Below the pieces are notes generated by a model. It saw only the letters and a list, made by a program, of their open reading frames with translations, was not told the origin of the DNA and made no database searches. DNA of 64,000 nucleotides. Source: an uncultured Candidatus Actinomarina sp. Its GTDB lineage: Bacteria; Actinomycetota; Acidimicrobiia; Actinomarinales; Actinomarinaceae. The translations under genes were made by a program, and so were the position numbers. The stretch spans positions 23,626 to 87,625 of the forward strand of contig CACJJR010000003.1 in assembly GCA_902593795.1 (NCBI GenBank), written 5' to 3'. This document shows positions 16,950 to 26,770 of this stretch, one piece after another. Numbering within the stretch: position 1 is the stretch's first letter; each line of letters starts with the position of its first letter.

Positions 16950-17468
16950 ATGGAAATTTTTGAAATTGTAACCTATTTCATACTTCTTGGGTTAATTTCA
17001 ACAGCAATTAGGGTTGTTACAACTTCCAATGTTATTCATGCTGCAATTTCACTTGTATTCACACTCGCATTAACTGCAATTTTGTTTTTAATATTGTCAT
17101 CAGAGTTTGTAGCTCTCGTTTTGGTCTTAGTTTACATAGGGGCTGTCATAGTTCTCTTTCTATTCGGAATTATGATTACTCGTGCACCACTTGGAAAAAA
17201 TGCCGAACTTGATAATGATAAGAACAAAAAATTAGGTGCAGCTATAGCCGGATCAATTTTTCTTTTATTTTCATATATTTTAATAAATGGTTTTGATGGG
17301 GAGGTAACTATAGCTTCTGGTTCATCGACAGAGCTTTTAGGTGAGATATTACTAACTAGATTTATTTTCCCTTTTGAACTAGTATCTTTTGTTCTGCTCG
17401 CTGCTTTGATTGGTGGCATAACATTAGCAAGAAAAGATGAAGCATTAATCGACAAGGATCAAGTATGA
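16950..17468 (+). CDS. nuoJ: NDH-1 subunit J
   Basis: 172 aa hydrophobic protein, with YIGAVIVLFLF typical of ND6/NuoJ; operon position. Confidence 0.9.
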   Translation: MEIFEIVTYFILLGLISTAIRVVTTSNVIHAAISLVFTLALTAILFLILSSEFVALVLVLVYIGAVIVLFLFGIMITRAPLGKNAELDNDKNKKLGAAIAGSIFLLFSYILINGFDGEVTIASGSSTELLGEILLTRFIFPFELVSFVLLAALIGGITLARKDEALIDKDQV

Positions 17469-17770
17469 TCGTCCAACCCGTTTTAGTTGTTGCTGCAGCC
17501 TTGTTTTCACTCGGCATTTACGGAATTCTTGTTAGAAGAAATGCAGTTATGGTCTTACTTTCGATTGAGCTTATCTTGAATGCAGTAAATATAAATTTTA
17601 TCATGTTCGATGCAATGCTTGCTGACACATTGATGCAAGGGCAAATTTTTACTATATTTATAATCACAATTGCTGCTGCAGAAGTTGGAATTGGGTTAGC
17701 TATTGTTCTTATGCTTTTTAGAAATAGGCAAACTGCTAATATAAATGAGTTTGATTTGATGAAATGGTAA
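17465..17770 (+). CDS. nuoK: NDH-1 subunit K
   Basis: 101 aa, 3 TM, SIELILNAVNINF and AAAEVGIGLAI motifs. Confidence 0.93.
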   Translation: MIVQPVLVVAAALFSLGIYGILVRRNAVMVLLSIELILNAVNINFIMFDAMLADTLMQGQIFTIFIITIAAAEVGIGLAIVLMLFRNRQTANINEFDLMKW

Positions 17771-19779
17771 ATTTTAATTTAATTTTATTTGCTGAATCAG
17801 AAGCTGTTTATACAGATGGAGGCGTCCTCGCAGAATTTTCTTGGCTTCTTGTTGTTCTTCCTTTTTTTGCAGCACTTTTAATTACATTCTTTGGTAAATA
17901 TCTTCCAATGAAAGGTGCCGAAGTAGCTTTATTGACAATTGGATCTATTTTTATTTATAGTGTTTTGCTAATGTATCTTCACATCACGCAAGGCATTGCT
18001 AACGAATTTTTTGTAAACGTAGGCAGCATTGGTCAATTCGATATCGAATTTGGCTGGGTGGTTGATGGCCTCTCTATAATGATGTATTTTGTAGTAGGAA
18101 CAGTTGCTCTACTTGTATTCATATATGCTACAAATTATATGCAAGGCGAGATAAGGTATACATTCTTTTTTACTTCGTTGACATTGTTTGCAGGAAGTAT
18201 GTTAGTTTTAGTTTCTTCCCCAACACTTATACAGATATTAATTGGTTGGGAGCTAGTAGGAGTTTGTTCGTACCTGTTGATAGGTCACTATTGGGAAAAG
18301 AAAGATAATTCATCAGCTGCAATGAAGGCATTTATAACTAATAAAATTGCTGATGTAGGTTTAATGATCGGTATTATTATTTTGGCTTTAAATACAGGAA
18401 CTCTTCGAATTTCTGAAATATTATATCAAGCTACTCATGATTATGACGGAATTACAAATGTAGCATTCACTGCAGGAATTTTATTGTTTATTGGGGCAAT
18501 GGGCAAAAGCGCACAATTTCCTTTGCATGTCTGGTTGCCAGATGCAATGGCAGGGCCAACACCCGTGTCTGCTTTAATGCATGCTGCAACGATGGTTACA
18601 GCTGGTGTATATCTATTAGCTCGAATGTTTCCCTTTTATCAGAGCATAGCAAGTGAAGCACTTGATATTGTTATGTTATTTGGCGTGATAACTCTTCTGA
18701 CAGCTGGGCTTATAGCAGTTGTCCAGGATGATCTTAAAAAAGTTCTTGCATACTCCACAGTCAGTCAGCTCGGTTATATGGTGGCTGCAATTGGATCAGG
18801 AGCATATACTGCTGCCCTTTTTCACCTTTGGACACATGCCTTCTTTAAAGCTCTTTTATTTCTGGGTGCGGGTTCGGTAATCCATGCAGTTCACAGCAAT
18901 AGTATGTTAGAAATGGGCGGTTTAAGAAAAGTCATGCCAAAAACTTTTTCAACATTCATAATTGGAACAGTTGCTCTAGCGGGACTGCCACCATTTGCTG
19001 GTTTCTTTTCTAAAGATGAAATTTTAGCTTCATTTAATCACGAGGGTGAAACTACATTTTTCTTCATAGCCGTACTTGGTGCTTTTATCACTGCTTTTTA
19101 TATGACAAGAGCAGTATCTCTTACATTTCTGGGTGAATATAGAGGGCATGGACATCCTCATGAGTCAGACAGTATGATGACAACACCATTAATAGTTCTG
19201 GCAGTTTTTGCAGCAGGCTCAGGATGGGTAAATATACCAGGCGTATATACAGGATTTACTGACTGGGTAACTACACGTAAAACTCCAATCATTGAATATC
19301 ATCCTGAAAGTTTTGATTTATTTGCACTAGGTTTAGGTCTGACTGCAGGATTGATTGGAATAGCGCTTGGCTATTATTTGTATCAGTTGCAAGGTAGTGC
19401 AGAAACAGGTGACAGTAAGATTAAGGTCGAACCTATATGGACTGTTTTGGAAAATAAATATTATATAGATGACTTTTACTTTAAATTTATTATTGATCCA
19501 ATAAAAATTAATTTGGCGAAAGCGGTAGATGTTATCAATACAAATGTTATTGATAGGTTCATAAATGGCTTTGGTCAAATTGCTTCATTTCTCGGAGCAA
19601 TAATTTATAACAACATTGATCAAAATGGAATTGATAAATTTTTAAATATTTCTTCCTCGGGAACAGATAGTTTTGGAGGAAAAGTTAAACTATTACAGAC
19701 TGGCAGGACACAGCAATATTTAATGTTGTTTTTAGGTGGCGTTGTGACAATTAGTTTATTAATTTTATTTATTATATAG
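17764..19779 (+). CDS. nuoL: NDH-1 subunit L
   Basis: 671 aa antiporter-like subunit (WEL.G..SYLLIG, KSAQFPLHVWLPDAMAGPTPVSALMHAATMV) with a long C-terminal lateral-helix region. Confidence 0.95.
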   Translation: MVNFNLILFAESEAVYTDGGVLAEFSWLLVVLPFFAALLITFFGKYLPMKGAEVALLTIGSIFIYSVLLMYLHITQGIANEFFVNVGSIGQFDIEFGWVVDGLSIMMYFVVGTVALLVFIYATNYMQGEIRYTFFFTSLTLFAGSMLVLVSSPTLIQILIGWELVGVCSYLLIGHYWEKKDNSSAAMKAFITNKIADVGLMIGIIILALNTGTLRISEILYQATHDYDGITNVAFTAGILLFIGAMGKSAQFPLHVWLPDAMAGPTPVSALMHAATMVTAGVYLLARMFPFYQSIASEALDIVMLFGVITLLTAGLIAVVQDDLKKVLAYSTVSQLGYMVAAIGSGAYTAALFHLWTHAFFKALLFLGAGSVIHAVHSNSMLEMGGLRKVMPKTFSTFIIGTVALAGLPPFAGFFSKDEILASFNHEGETTFFFIAVLGAFITAFYMTRAVSLTFLGEYRGHGHPHESDSMMTTPLIVLAVFAAGSGWVNIPGVYTGFTDWVTTRKTPIIEYHPESFDLFALGLGLTAGLIGIALGYYLYQLQGSAETGDSKIKVEPIWTVLENKYYIDDFYFKFIIDPIKINLAKAVDVINTNVIDRFINGFGQIASFLGAIIYNNIDQNGIDKFLNISSSGTDSFGGKVKLLQTGRTQQYLMLFLGGVVTISLLILFII

Positions 19780-19787
19780 GAGGAAAA

Positions 19788-21356
19788 GTGGAATTATTAA
19801 CAAACGGTATAGGACTGACAGCAGTGGTCTTCCTGCCAATAATAAGTGCTTTAGTTTTAACTGCTATACCTAAAAGCCAAGAGCTTTTGATAAAAGGGTT
19901 TGCTTTAGTCTCTTCAATTGTTACTTTTGTTTTAAGTGTTTTACTTCTTCCTCAGTTTGATTTTTCTAATGCAGACAAGTTACAACTTGGTAATAAAATA
20001 ACTTGGATCAAAAGCATAAATGCCAACTACGAAATTGGAATTGATGGTATTTCCCTTCCACTATTAATTTTGTCAACGTTCATTACTGTTCTTGCGATTA
20101 TTTATTCAATCGAACATTTACCTGAGCCAAAAAGTCCCAAGGGCTTTCTTGCATTAATTCTAGTTCTAGAAACAGGAATGAATGGAACTTTTGTTGCTTT
20201 AGATTTAATTTTGTTCTTCGTATTTTTTGAAATAGTTCTTCTCCCGATGTACTTTATGATTGGTATTTGGGGAGATAAAACTGTTAGGTCAGTGGCTGGA
20301 TTTAAAAATCAAATTGAAACAAGGCTTTATGCAAGTATAAAGTTCTTTGTTTTCACTCTTTTTGGATCTGCTTTTATGTTATTAGGATTTCTTGGTTTAT
20401 ATTACAGAGGAAATAAAACATTCAGTATTCCTGAACTAATTGAATTAGGCACGAGTGGAGCATTTACTGGAACATTTGCAACGTTAGTTTTTGCTGTCTT
20501 ATTTTTAGGTTTCGCAGTTAAAGTTCCTATGTGGCCTCTTCACACTTGGCTTCCTGATGCGCATACTGCGGCACCAACAGTTGGCTCTGTTTTATTAGCA
20601 GCAATTCTCTTGAAACTAGGATCTTATGGTTTTATAAGGATTGCAATACCAATTCTTCCAGAGCAGGCAAAAGCTTGGGCTCCGGCAATTGCCATACTCT
20701 CAGCTATCGGTATTATTTATGGATCGCTTGCCTGCCTTGCTCAAACTGACCTTAAACGGTTAATAGCATTTTCTTCAGTTGGCCATATGGGTTTTGTAAT
20801 GTTAGGGATTGCCTCCCTAACCCCCATAGGAATAAATGCGGCAATCATTGGTATGGTCGCACATGGTGTGATTACTGGTTTGTTATTTTTCTTATCTGGT
20901 TCAATGGCACACACATATCACACACGAGATATGGGCAGACTAGGTGGAAATATGAAGTTACTACCTAAAACAGGTGCATTGTTAGGTTTTACTGCAATGG
21001 CTTCCTTAGGCCTACCAGGGTTAGCTGGATTTTGGGGTGAATTTATGGCTTTACTTGGAGCCTTTAATCCTTTAGATGGGCTGAATGTAACTATTTTTCG
21101 TAGTTCAATGGTAGCTGGTGCAATTGGAACTGTTTTAACTGCTGGATACTTACTGTGGATGTTACAAAGAGTTAATCTCGGCGAGCCTTCAGAGGAATGG
21201 AATGAAATGGAACTTCATGATGCAGACGGTTATGAACTAGCTGCATGGATTCCTTTAGTAATATTGACAATTCTTATTGGAGTATTTCCAAAACTAATTT
21301 TTGGAGCTACCAATGATGCTGTTGTAAGCCTTCTTACTAAAGCATTTGGAGGTTAA
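19788..21356 (+). CDS. nuoM: NDH-1 subunit M
   Basis: GTG start after AGGAGG. VKVPMWPLHTWLPDAHTAAPTVGSVLLA is a NuoM/ND4 signature. Confidence 0.95.
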   Translation: MELLTNGIGLTAVVFLPIISALVLTAIPKSQELLIKGFALVSSIVTFVLSVLLLPQFDFSNADKLQLGNKITWIKSINANYEIGIDGISLPLLILSTFITVLAIIYSIEHLPEPKSPKGFLALILVLETGMNGTFVALDLILFFVFFEIVLLPMYFMIGIWGDKTVRSVAGFKNQIETRLYASIKFFVFTLFGSAFMLLGFLGLYYRGNKTFSIPELIELGTSGAFTGTFATLVFAVLFLGFAVKVPMWPLHTWLPDAHTAAPTVGSVLLAAILLKLGSYGFIRIAIPILPEQAKAWAPAIAILSAIGIIYGSLACLAQTDLKRLIAFSSVGHMGFVMLGIASLTPIGINAAIIGMVAHGVITGLLFFLSGSMAHTYHTRDMGRLGGNMKLLPKTGALLGFTAMASLGLPGLAGFWGEFMALLGAFNPLDGLNVTIFRSSMVAGAIGTVLTAGYLLWMLQRVNLGEPSEEWNEMELHDADGYELAAWIPLVILTILIGVFPKLIFGATNDAVVSLLTKAFGG

Positions 21357-21358
21357 AA

Positions 21359-22837
21359 ATTACTATAAACTACTTTGCAATATCAACTGAATTAATTGTT
21401 ATATTTACTATCGTTGGAACTTTAATATTAGATTTAATTCTCCCTAGAAAATCAAAATATTATGTAGCAGCCTTTGCTCTTTTTGGTACTTTAGCTTCTT
21501 TAGCCCCTTTGGTAATTCAATGGGCAAGCTACACAAGCCCTTTATATGCATTTGAAAATAGCTATGTTGTTGATAAATTTTCAATAATTCTTAAAGGTTT
21601 ATTCATACTTATAACTTACTTAACTTTTCTATTATCTATAAATTTTATTGAAAGCGACAAATATTATCAGGGAGAGTATTACTACCTACTTTTAAGTTCA
21701 TTGTTAGGTGCTTTAGTTGTAAGTTCTTCAAGAGATCTACTTACAATATTTATAGGAATCGAGTTGGCCTCAACACCTATGTTTTTATTGTCTGGTTGGA
21801 AAAAGGGTGATAGAAAATCTAATGAAGGTGCAATTAAATTTTTCCTCTTAGGAGTTCTTTCAGCTTCGCTCATATTATATGGCTTTTCGCTACTTTACGG
21901 CCTTACTGGTCAATTAGTATTTTCTGAGATTTCAACATACTTACTATCCAACGCATTAGGAGATTCACCAGTGTTATTATTAAGCTCAATTTTAGTTATC
22001 TCAGGAATAGGTTTTAAAATCTCTGTTGTTCCATTTCATTCATGGGCACCAGATACTTATGAGGGAGCTCCATTACCGATAACAGCTTATTTGTCGGTTA
22101 GCTCAAAGGCCACAGGATTTGTTGCTTTAATCGTCTTATTAACAAAAGTTTTTGCAACATCTGGTCAAAGTTGGGGAGTAATTTTAGCAATTATCTCAGG
22201 TGCGACCATGACTTTAGGCAACCTAGTAGCCCTCCAGCAATCCAACCCGGTTAGGCTACTTGCTTATTCTTCAATATCGCAAGCAGGTTTTATTATTGCA
22301 CCCCTTGCGGTGGCAGGAATAACTGGAAATTACCAAGATGGTATATTTGCAAGTGTCACTTACTTAATCATTTATGCATTCATGAATCTAGGAGCATTCT
22401 TGTCTATACATCTATTTAGCAATTTTGCTGGTTCAGATAATTTTTATGATTGGGGAGGAGTTGCAAAACACTCTCCGCTAGCTGGAGTATTGACAACAGT
22501 TTTCTTCTTTTCATTAGCTGGAATCCCACCTCTTGGAGGTTGGTTTGCAAAGTTTGTAGTTTTTAGAAGTCTTTTAAGCACTGGAGAAATAGTAGGCATT
22601 TCTCTTGCAATCATTGGAGCAATAAACGCTGTTATTGCTCTTGTTTACTATGCAAGAATATCAAAGGTCATATGGATGGACGAATTAAAAAATCCTGAGC
22701 AAGAGCAGACCTTTGAATTCCAGAATCCTCTTAAAGTAGTCGGCGCCTTTACTGTTCTTATAACATTTATTGCAGGAGTATTTCCAGGTATATTCAGCTA
22801 TCTTGGAGAAGTTTCCTCTATATTTTTTGGTAATTAA
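21359..22837 (+). CDS. nuoN: NDH-1 subunit N, apparently initiated at a non-canonical ATT codon
   Basis: The frame is open from the nuoM stop. The conserved first TM helix (INYFAISTELIVIFTIVGTLILDLILPRKSK) lies upstream of the first canonical start (TTG 21509). There is no ATG/GTG/TTG/CTG between 21356 and 21509. GGAGG (21348-21352) sits 6 nt before ATT 21359. Confidence 0.8.
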   Translation: MTINYFAISTELIVIFTIVGTLILDLILPRKSKYYVAAFALFGTLASLAPLVIQWASYTSPLYAFENSYVVDKFSIILKGLFILITYLTFLLSINFIESDKYYQGEYYYLLLSSLLGALVVSSSRDLLTIFIGIELASTPMFLLSGWKKGDRKSNEGAIKFFLLGVLSASLILYGFSLLYGLTGQLVFSEISTYLLSNALGDSPVLLLSSILVISGIGFKISVVPFHSWAPDTYEGAPLPITAYLSVSSKATGFVALIVLLTKVFATSGQSWGVILAIISGATMTLGNLVALQQSNPVRLLAYSSISQAGFIIAPLAVAGITGNYQDGIFASVTYLIIYAFMNLGAFLSIHLFSNFAGSDNFYDWGGVAKHSPLAGVLTTVFFFSLAGIPPLGGWFAKFVVFRSLLSTGEIVGISLAIIGAINAVIALVYYARISKVIWMDELKNPEQEQTFEFQNPLKVVGAFTVLITFIAGVFPGIFSYLGEVSSIFFGN

Positions 22838-22840
22838 AAC

Positions 22841-23857
22841 TTGGAATTGACTGAATTCAATAAATATCTTCAAAAAAAATATAGAACTAACAAAATATTT
22901 TTTGATGAATATATGGAGGAGGCTCTTTATTCAAAATATGGCTTTTTCAATAATGATAAAGTTAGATCAAAAAGAAGTGGAGATTTTTTAACTTCTCCTG
23001 AAGTTTCTAAATATTTTGGAAAAATTTTAAATCAGTGGATACAAGAAAGCGATTTAGATTTAAATATTGTTGAATTTGGGTCTGGAACGGGATCACTTAT
23101 TGAGCAAATTAATACTGAAAATAAATTTGCTGTGGAATTGTCTTCGACTGCACGAGTGGAGTTGAGTAAAAAAAATATTCAAAATGTTGCAAGCTTAGAA
23201 GAGCTTACTTTTAATGAAAGTGACTTAGTTTTTGGGAATGAAGTTTTGGACAATATACCTTGTTCAGTTGCAGTATTTAAAGATAATAAATGGTATGAAA
23301 AAGTAGTTAATTTAGAGGAAGAAATTTTTTCGTATGATTTTGTAAAGGCAAGAAAAGAAATTATTGATTGGATTGAGATAAATCAAATAACGGGCGATGA
23401 AAATATAGATATAGAAGTTCAAATAAATATTGATAAATTTTTAGAAAATATAATTCATAATTTAAACCCAAAAACAATTCTCTTCTTTGACTATGGTTTC
23501 GAACAAAAGGATAGAGTTGAAAGAAAGTACAGGTCTCTACTTAGGACTTATAAAGACCACCATCTTTCTGTAGATCCAATTTTGGAACCTGGAAATGTAG
23601 ATATTACTTACGATATAAATTTTTCATCAGTGAAAAGGAAACTAAAAACTTTGGGCTATGAGTCAAGTTTATTATTGCAAAGAGATTTTTTAATTAATAA
23701 CGGATTTAATGAGTATTTTGATACTTTGCAAAACAAGCTTTTATTGTCAGAAGGAATAGAAAATTTAAAAATTAATAGTTATTTATCCGGGCTTAAAGCA
23801 CTCATTGATTCAAATGGACTTGGAGGCTTTTATTGTTTGGAAGCAAAAAAAATATAA
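22841..23857 (+). CDS. SAM-dependent methyltransferase of the MidA/NDUFAF7 (DUF185) family
   Basis: FFDEYMEEALYSKYGFF...GDFLTSPEVSKYFG...VEFGSGTGSL matches the family N-terminal signature and SAM motif I. TTG start 4 nt after the nuoN stop. Confidence 0.75.
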   Translation: MELTEFNKYLQKKYRTNKIFFDEYMEEALYSKYGFFNNDKVRSKRSGDFLTSPEVSKYFGKILNQWIQESDLDLNIVEFGSGTGSLIEQINTENKFAVELSSTARVELSKKNIQNVASLEELTFNESDLVFGNEVLDNIPCSVAVFKDNKWYEKVVNLEEEIFSYDFVKARKEIIDWIEINQITGDENIDIEVQINIDKFLENIIHNLNPKTILFFDYGFEQKDRVERKYRSLLRTYKDHHLSVDPILEPGNVDITYDINFSSVKRKLKTLGYESSLLLQRDFLINNGFNEYFDTLQNKLLLSEGIENLKINSYLSGLKALIDSNGLGGFYCLEAKKI

Positions 23858-23881
23858 TTATTACAAATTTATAATTAAATT

Positions 23882-24718
23882 ATGAACTTTGTAAAAACTA
23901 CATTACTACTTACATTAATGACTCTGGTTGTTTTATTTTCAGCAACTGCTTTAGGTTTTGATATAATCTCTGCGCTATTTTTTGCTGTTGTATTTAATTT
24001 TTTTATTTACTTTTTTTCTGGGAATTTAGCTATTAAATCAACAAAAGCTCAACTAATACAAGATGGGGAATATGAAGAAGTTACTCAAATAATTTCACAC
24101 CTCATACAAAAAGAAAAAATGCCAATGCCAGAACTGTATGTAATTAATAGTGATCAACCGAATGCATTTGCAACTGGCAGAAATCCAAAAAATGCAAAAG
24201 TGGCAGTAACAACTGGTATCTTAAAGCTTTTAAATAGAGACGAATTAGAAGGAGTTCTTGCACATGAATTGTCACATATAAAAAATAGAGATATTTTAGT
24301 TTCAAGCATTGCGGCAATGTTGGCTGCAGCAATCTCTTTTATGTCCAGAATGGTTTTTTGGGGTGGTGGTAACAGAAACAGAAATACTCACCCTGCAGTT
24401 ATAGTCATTGCAATGATTGCAGCACCAATAGCTTCAATAATCATCAGAATGGCAATTTCTAGAACAAGGGAATTTGGTGCTGATAAAACTGGAGCCGAGA
24501 TTTCTGGTAATCCTTTAGCTTTAGCATCTGCATTGGAAAAAATTGAAAGATATGCAAATGTTCCAATGGATGTCAATCCGGCTGTTAGCCAATTATTTAT
24601 TTCGGACCCTCTTAAAGCATTTTCTGGGAACAGTTTTAGTAAATTATTCTCAACCCATCCGCCAACCAAGGAAAGAGTAAGAAGACTAAGGCAGCGTCAA
24701 AGTGGAATTAGATATTAA
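23882..24718 (+). CDS. htpX: Zinc metalloprotease HtpX
   Basis: HELSHIKNRD (HExxH), NAFATG, and two N-terminal plus two central TM segments. Confidence 0.9.
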   Translation: MNFVKTTLLLTLMTLVVLFSATALGFDIISALFFAVVFNFFIYFFSGNLAIKSTKAQLIQDGEYEEVTQIISHLIQKEKMPMPELYVINSDQPNAFATGRNPKNAKVAVTTGILKLLNRDELEGVLAHELSHIKNRDILVSSIAAMLAAAISFMSRMVFWGGGNRNRNTHPAVIVIAMIAAPIASIIIRMAISRTREFGADKTGAEISGNPLALASALEKIERYANVPMDVNPAVSQLFISDPLKAFSGNSFSKLFSTHPPTKERVRRLRQRQSGIRY

Positions 24719-25052
24719 TAATACACCCTCTTTAGAACCAGAAAATCTTGAAGATTTACTTCAAGAAGGTTATCAACTAGTTGATGTTAGAGAGCAAGAC
24801 GAATGGGATGCTGGTCATCACAAAAGTGCTAGGCATTTACCAATGGGTGAGATTATAGAAAATATTGATGATTTCAAAAATAACGAAAAATACATTTTTG
24901 TTTGCCGTTCCGGAGCCAGGTCTGGAAGAGTAACCAATTTTATGATTTCAAAGAATATTGAATCGTACAATTTATCAGGAGGTATGAAGCAGGTTAAAAA
25001 CTTTACTGATGAAATTTATAATTTAGACGGCAATTCTGGAGAAATCATCTAA
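24702..25052 (+). CDS. Rhodanese-domain sulfurtransferase
   Basis: 116 aa single rhodanese domain with active-site loop CRSGARS. GTG start overlapping the htpX end. Confidence 0.8.
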   Translation: MELDINNTPSLEPENLEDLLQEGYQLVDVREQDEWDAGHHKSARHLPMGEIIENIDDFKNNEKYIFVCRSGARSGRVTNFMISKNIESYNLSGGMKQVKNFTDEIYNLDGNSGEII

Positions 25053-25061
25053 CATTTATTT

Positions 25062-26018
25062 GTGATAATTTGTATTGGTAATGCGCTGGTTGATTCTTTA
25101 ACTCAAATAGAAGAATCTAAAATTAATGAATTGAATTTAAATAAAGCAAGAATGACTCTTGTAGATAAAGATCGTTCAAATTTTCTACTCCAAAATATGG
25201 AAAATCCAATATATGAGGCAGGCGGATCTGCAGCAAATACGGCATACTGGATTTCTCAGCTTGGAGGAGATGTGGGATTTATAGGAAAAATTTCAAATGA
25301 TGATTTAGGTAAAAAGTTTCAAACAAGCCTTAAAGATTCTGGTTTAAATGATTTTACTATTTATGAGTCTGAAGATAATCAAACTGGATTATGTGCAATT
25401 TTTATTACTCCCGATGGTGAAAGAACAATGAATACTTATCTTGGTGCTGGTGAATATTTGTCAACTAAAGATTTAAACCAAAATGCAATTACAGATGCGA
25501 AAATACTGTATATGGAAGGATATTTGTGGGATAAGACCTCAAGTAAAGAAGCGTTCCTTTATGCAGCAAAGTTAAATAAGGAATCGGATGGCCTAAATGC
25601 TATAAGTTTATCCGATGTCTTTTGTGTAGACATGCATAGAGAGAGCTTTATAGACTTCATTAAAAGTGATATTGATTTTGTATTTTGTAACGAGGATGAG
25701 CTAAATGCACTCTTCGAAAAAAACACAACAACAGAATCAATTTTACATTTTCAAGAATCATTTCCTAACATTAAGCAATTGATATGCACTCTAGGGTCAG
25801 AAGGTGTATTAATTTTAGATGCAGGTAAGCAACATAATTTCAACGCAACAGAAGCCAACGTAATTGACAAAACTGGTGCAGGCGATTTTTTTGCTGGTGG
25901 ATATCTTTTTGGGCTCCAAAAAGGATTGACTTTAACTGAATCAGCAGAAATTGCTAATAAAAGTGCAGCTCATGTTATCAGTGAGATTGGCGTAAGACCT
26001 AAGAATAAATTTGATTAG
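25062..26018 (+). CDS. PfkB-family carbohydrate/nucleoside kinase (adenosine-kinase-like)
   Basis: GGSAANTA near the N-terminus and DKTGAGDFFAGGYLFG (PfkB signature 2). GTG start. Confidence 0.85.
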   Translation: MIICIGNALVDSLTQIEESKINELNLNKARMTLVDKDRSNFLLQNMENPIYEAGGSAANTAYWISQLGGDVGFIGKISNDDLGKKFQTSLKDSGLNDFTIYESEDNQTGLCAIFITPDGERTMNTYLGAGEYLSTKDLNQNAITDAKILYMEGYLWDKTSSKEAFLYAAKLNKESDGLNAISLSDVFCVDMHRESFIDFIKSDIDFVFCNEDELNALFEKNTTTESILHFQESFPNIKQLICTLGSEGVLILDAGKQHNFNATEANVIDKTGAGDFFAGGYLFGLQKGLTLTESAEIANKSAAHVISEIGVRPKNKFD

Positions 26019-26770
26019 TTAGTCCAACCTAAAACTTGAACTAATTCTAATCTATCCCCATCTTGCAAATTAGAATTTATCTCTATTTTTAAGGGATTAA
26101 ATAATTTGTTTTTAGAAAATATAATTAAATTATTTTCTGAGTCTCCAGCAATTATATTGTTTCCATCTGGTGACCAATGAAAGGACTCAAAATAATAACT
26201 TGATGGAGCTCGTGAAGAAAAAACTTCAATATTTTTGATTCTATCAGCATAATATACACCAATAACTCGAGAGTTATAATCAGAAGTTTCCCATGGATCA
26301 ATCAACTTTTCTCCGTAAACATTCATTCTGTTGTCATCTGCAAAAAAATTCTTATTTGCATCCTGAGAAATTTCGCCAGATTCTATATCAACAATTAAAT
26401 TTTTTCTTTCGTCACCTATTTGATAGTCCCAATATGAGAGAAGTATTTTATTTTCATCATAAATCTGTGCATCATAAAAATTAATATCATAAGAAAAGTC
26501 GTAAAGATCACTACTACATATTATTTTTTCTTCCTCTAGTAAATCAGACGATAAATCAATATAAAAGGTACATGAGTCAATAATGTCTGGAGCTGGAGGG
26601 ATTATATTTTCAGATTGTATTTCAACATAGTAAATTAGTTTTCCATCAAAATTATTTTCTGATGCTAAATCTTCATAGTCAGGTAGCGGAACAATTCCAA
26701 ATACTGCAACGATAATCGTTGTTGTTATAAGAATTGTGATCGAGACAAATAGTAATCGTCTGTTAGTCAT
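26015..26770 (-). CDS. Membrane-anchored extracytoplasmic protein, unknown function
   Basis: N-terminal anchor RRLLFVSITILITTTIIVAVFGIV, then an Asp/Asn/Tyr-rich, beta-rich-looking domain. Its start overlaps the stop of the upstream gene (operon). Confidence 0.6.
   Translation of the reverse strand: MTNRRLLFVSITILITTTIIVAVFGIVPLPDYEDLASENNFDGKLIYYVEIQSENIIPPAPDIIDSCTFYIDLSSDLLEEEKIICSSDLYDFSYDINFYDAQIYDENKILLSYWDYQIGDERKNLIVDIESGEISQDANKNFFADDNRMNVYGEKLIDPWETSDYNSRVIGVYYADRIKNIEVFSSRAPSSYYFESFHWSPDGNNIIAGDSENNLIIFSKNKLFNPLKIEINSNLQDGDRLELVQVLGWTN

Noticed and set aside
21509-21511. TTG as the nuoN start (ORF-track call, 442 aa)
   Set aside because: It would remove the conserved first transmembrane helix, which is clearly encoded in frame upstream. 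ATT 21359 with a perfect SD is preferred.
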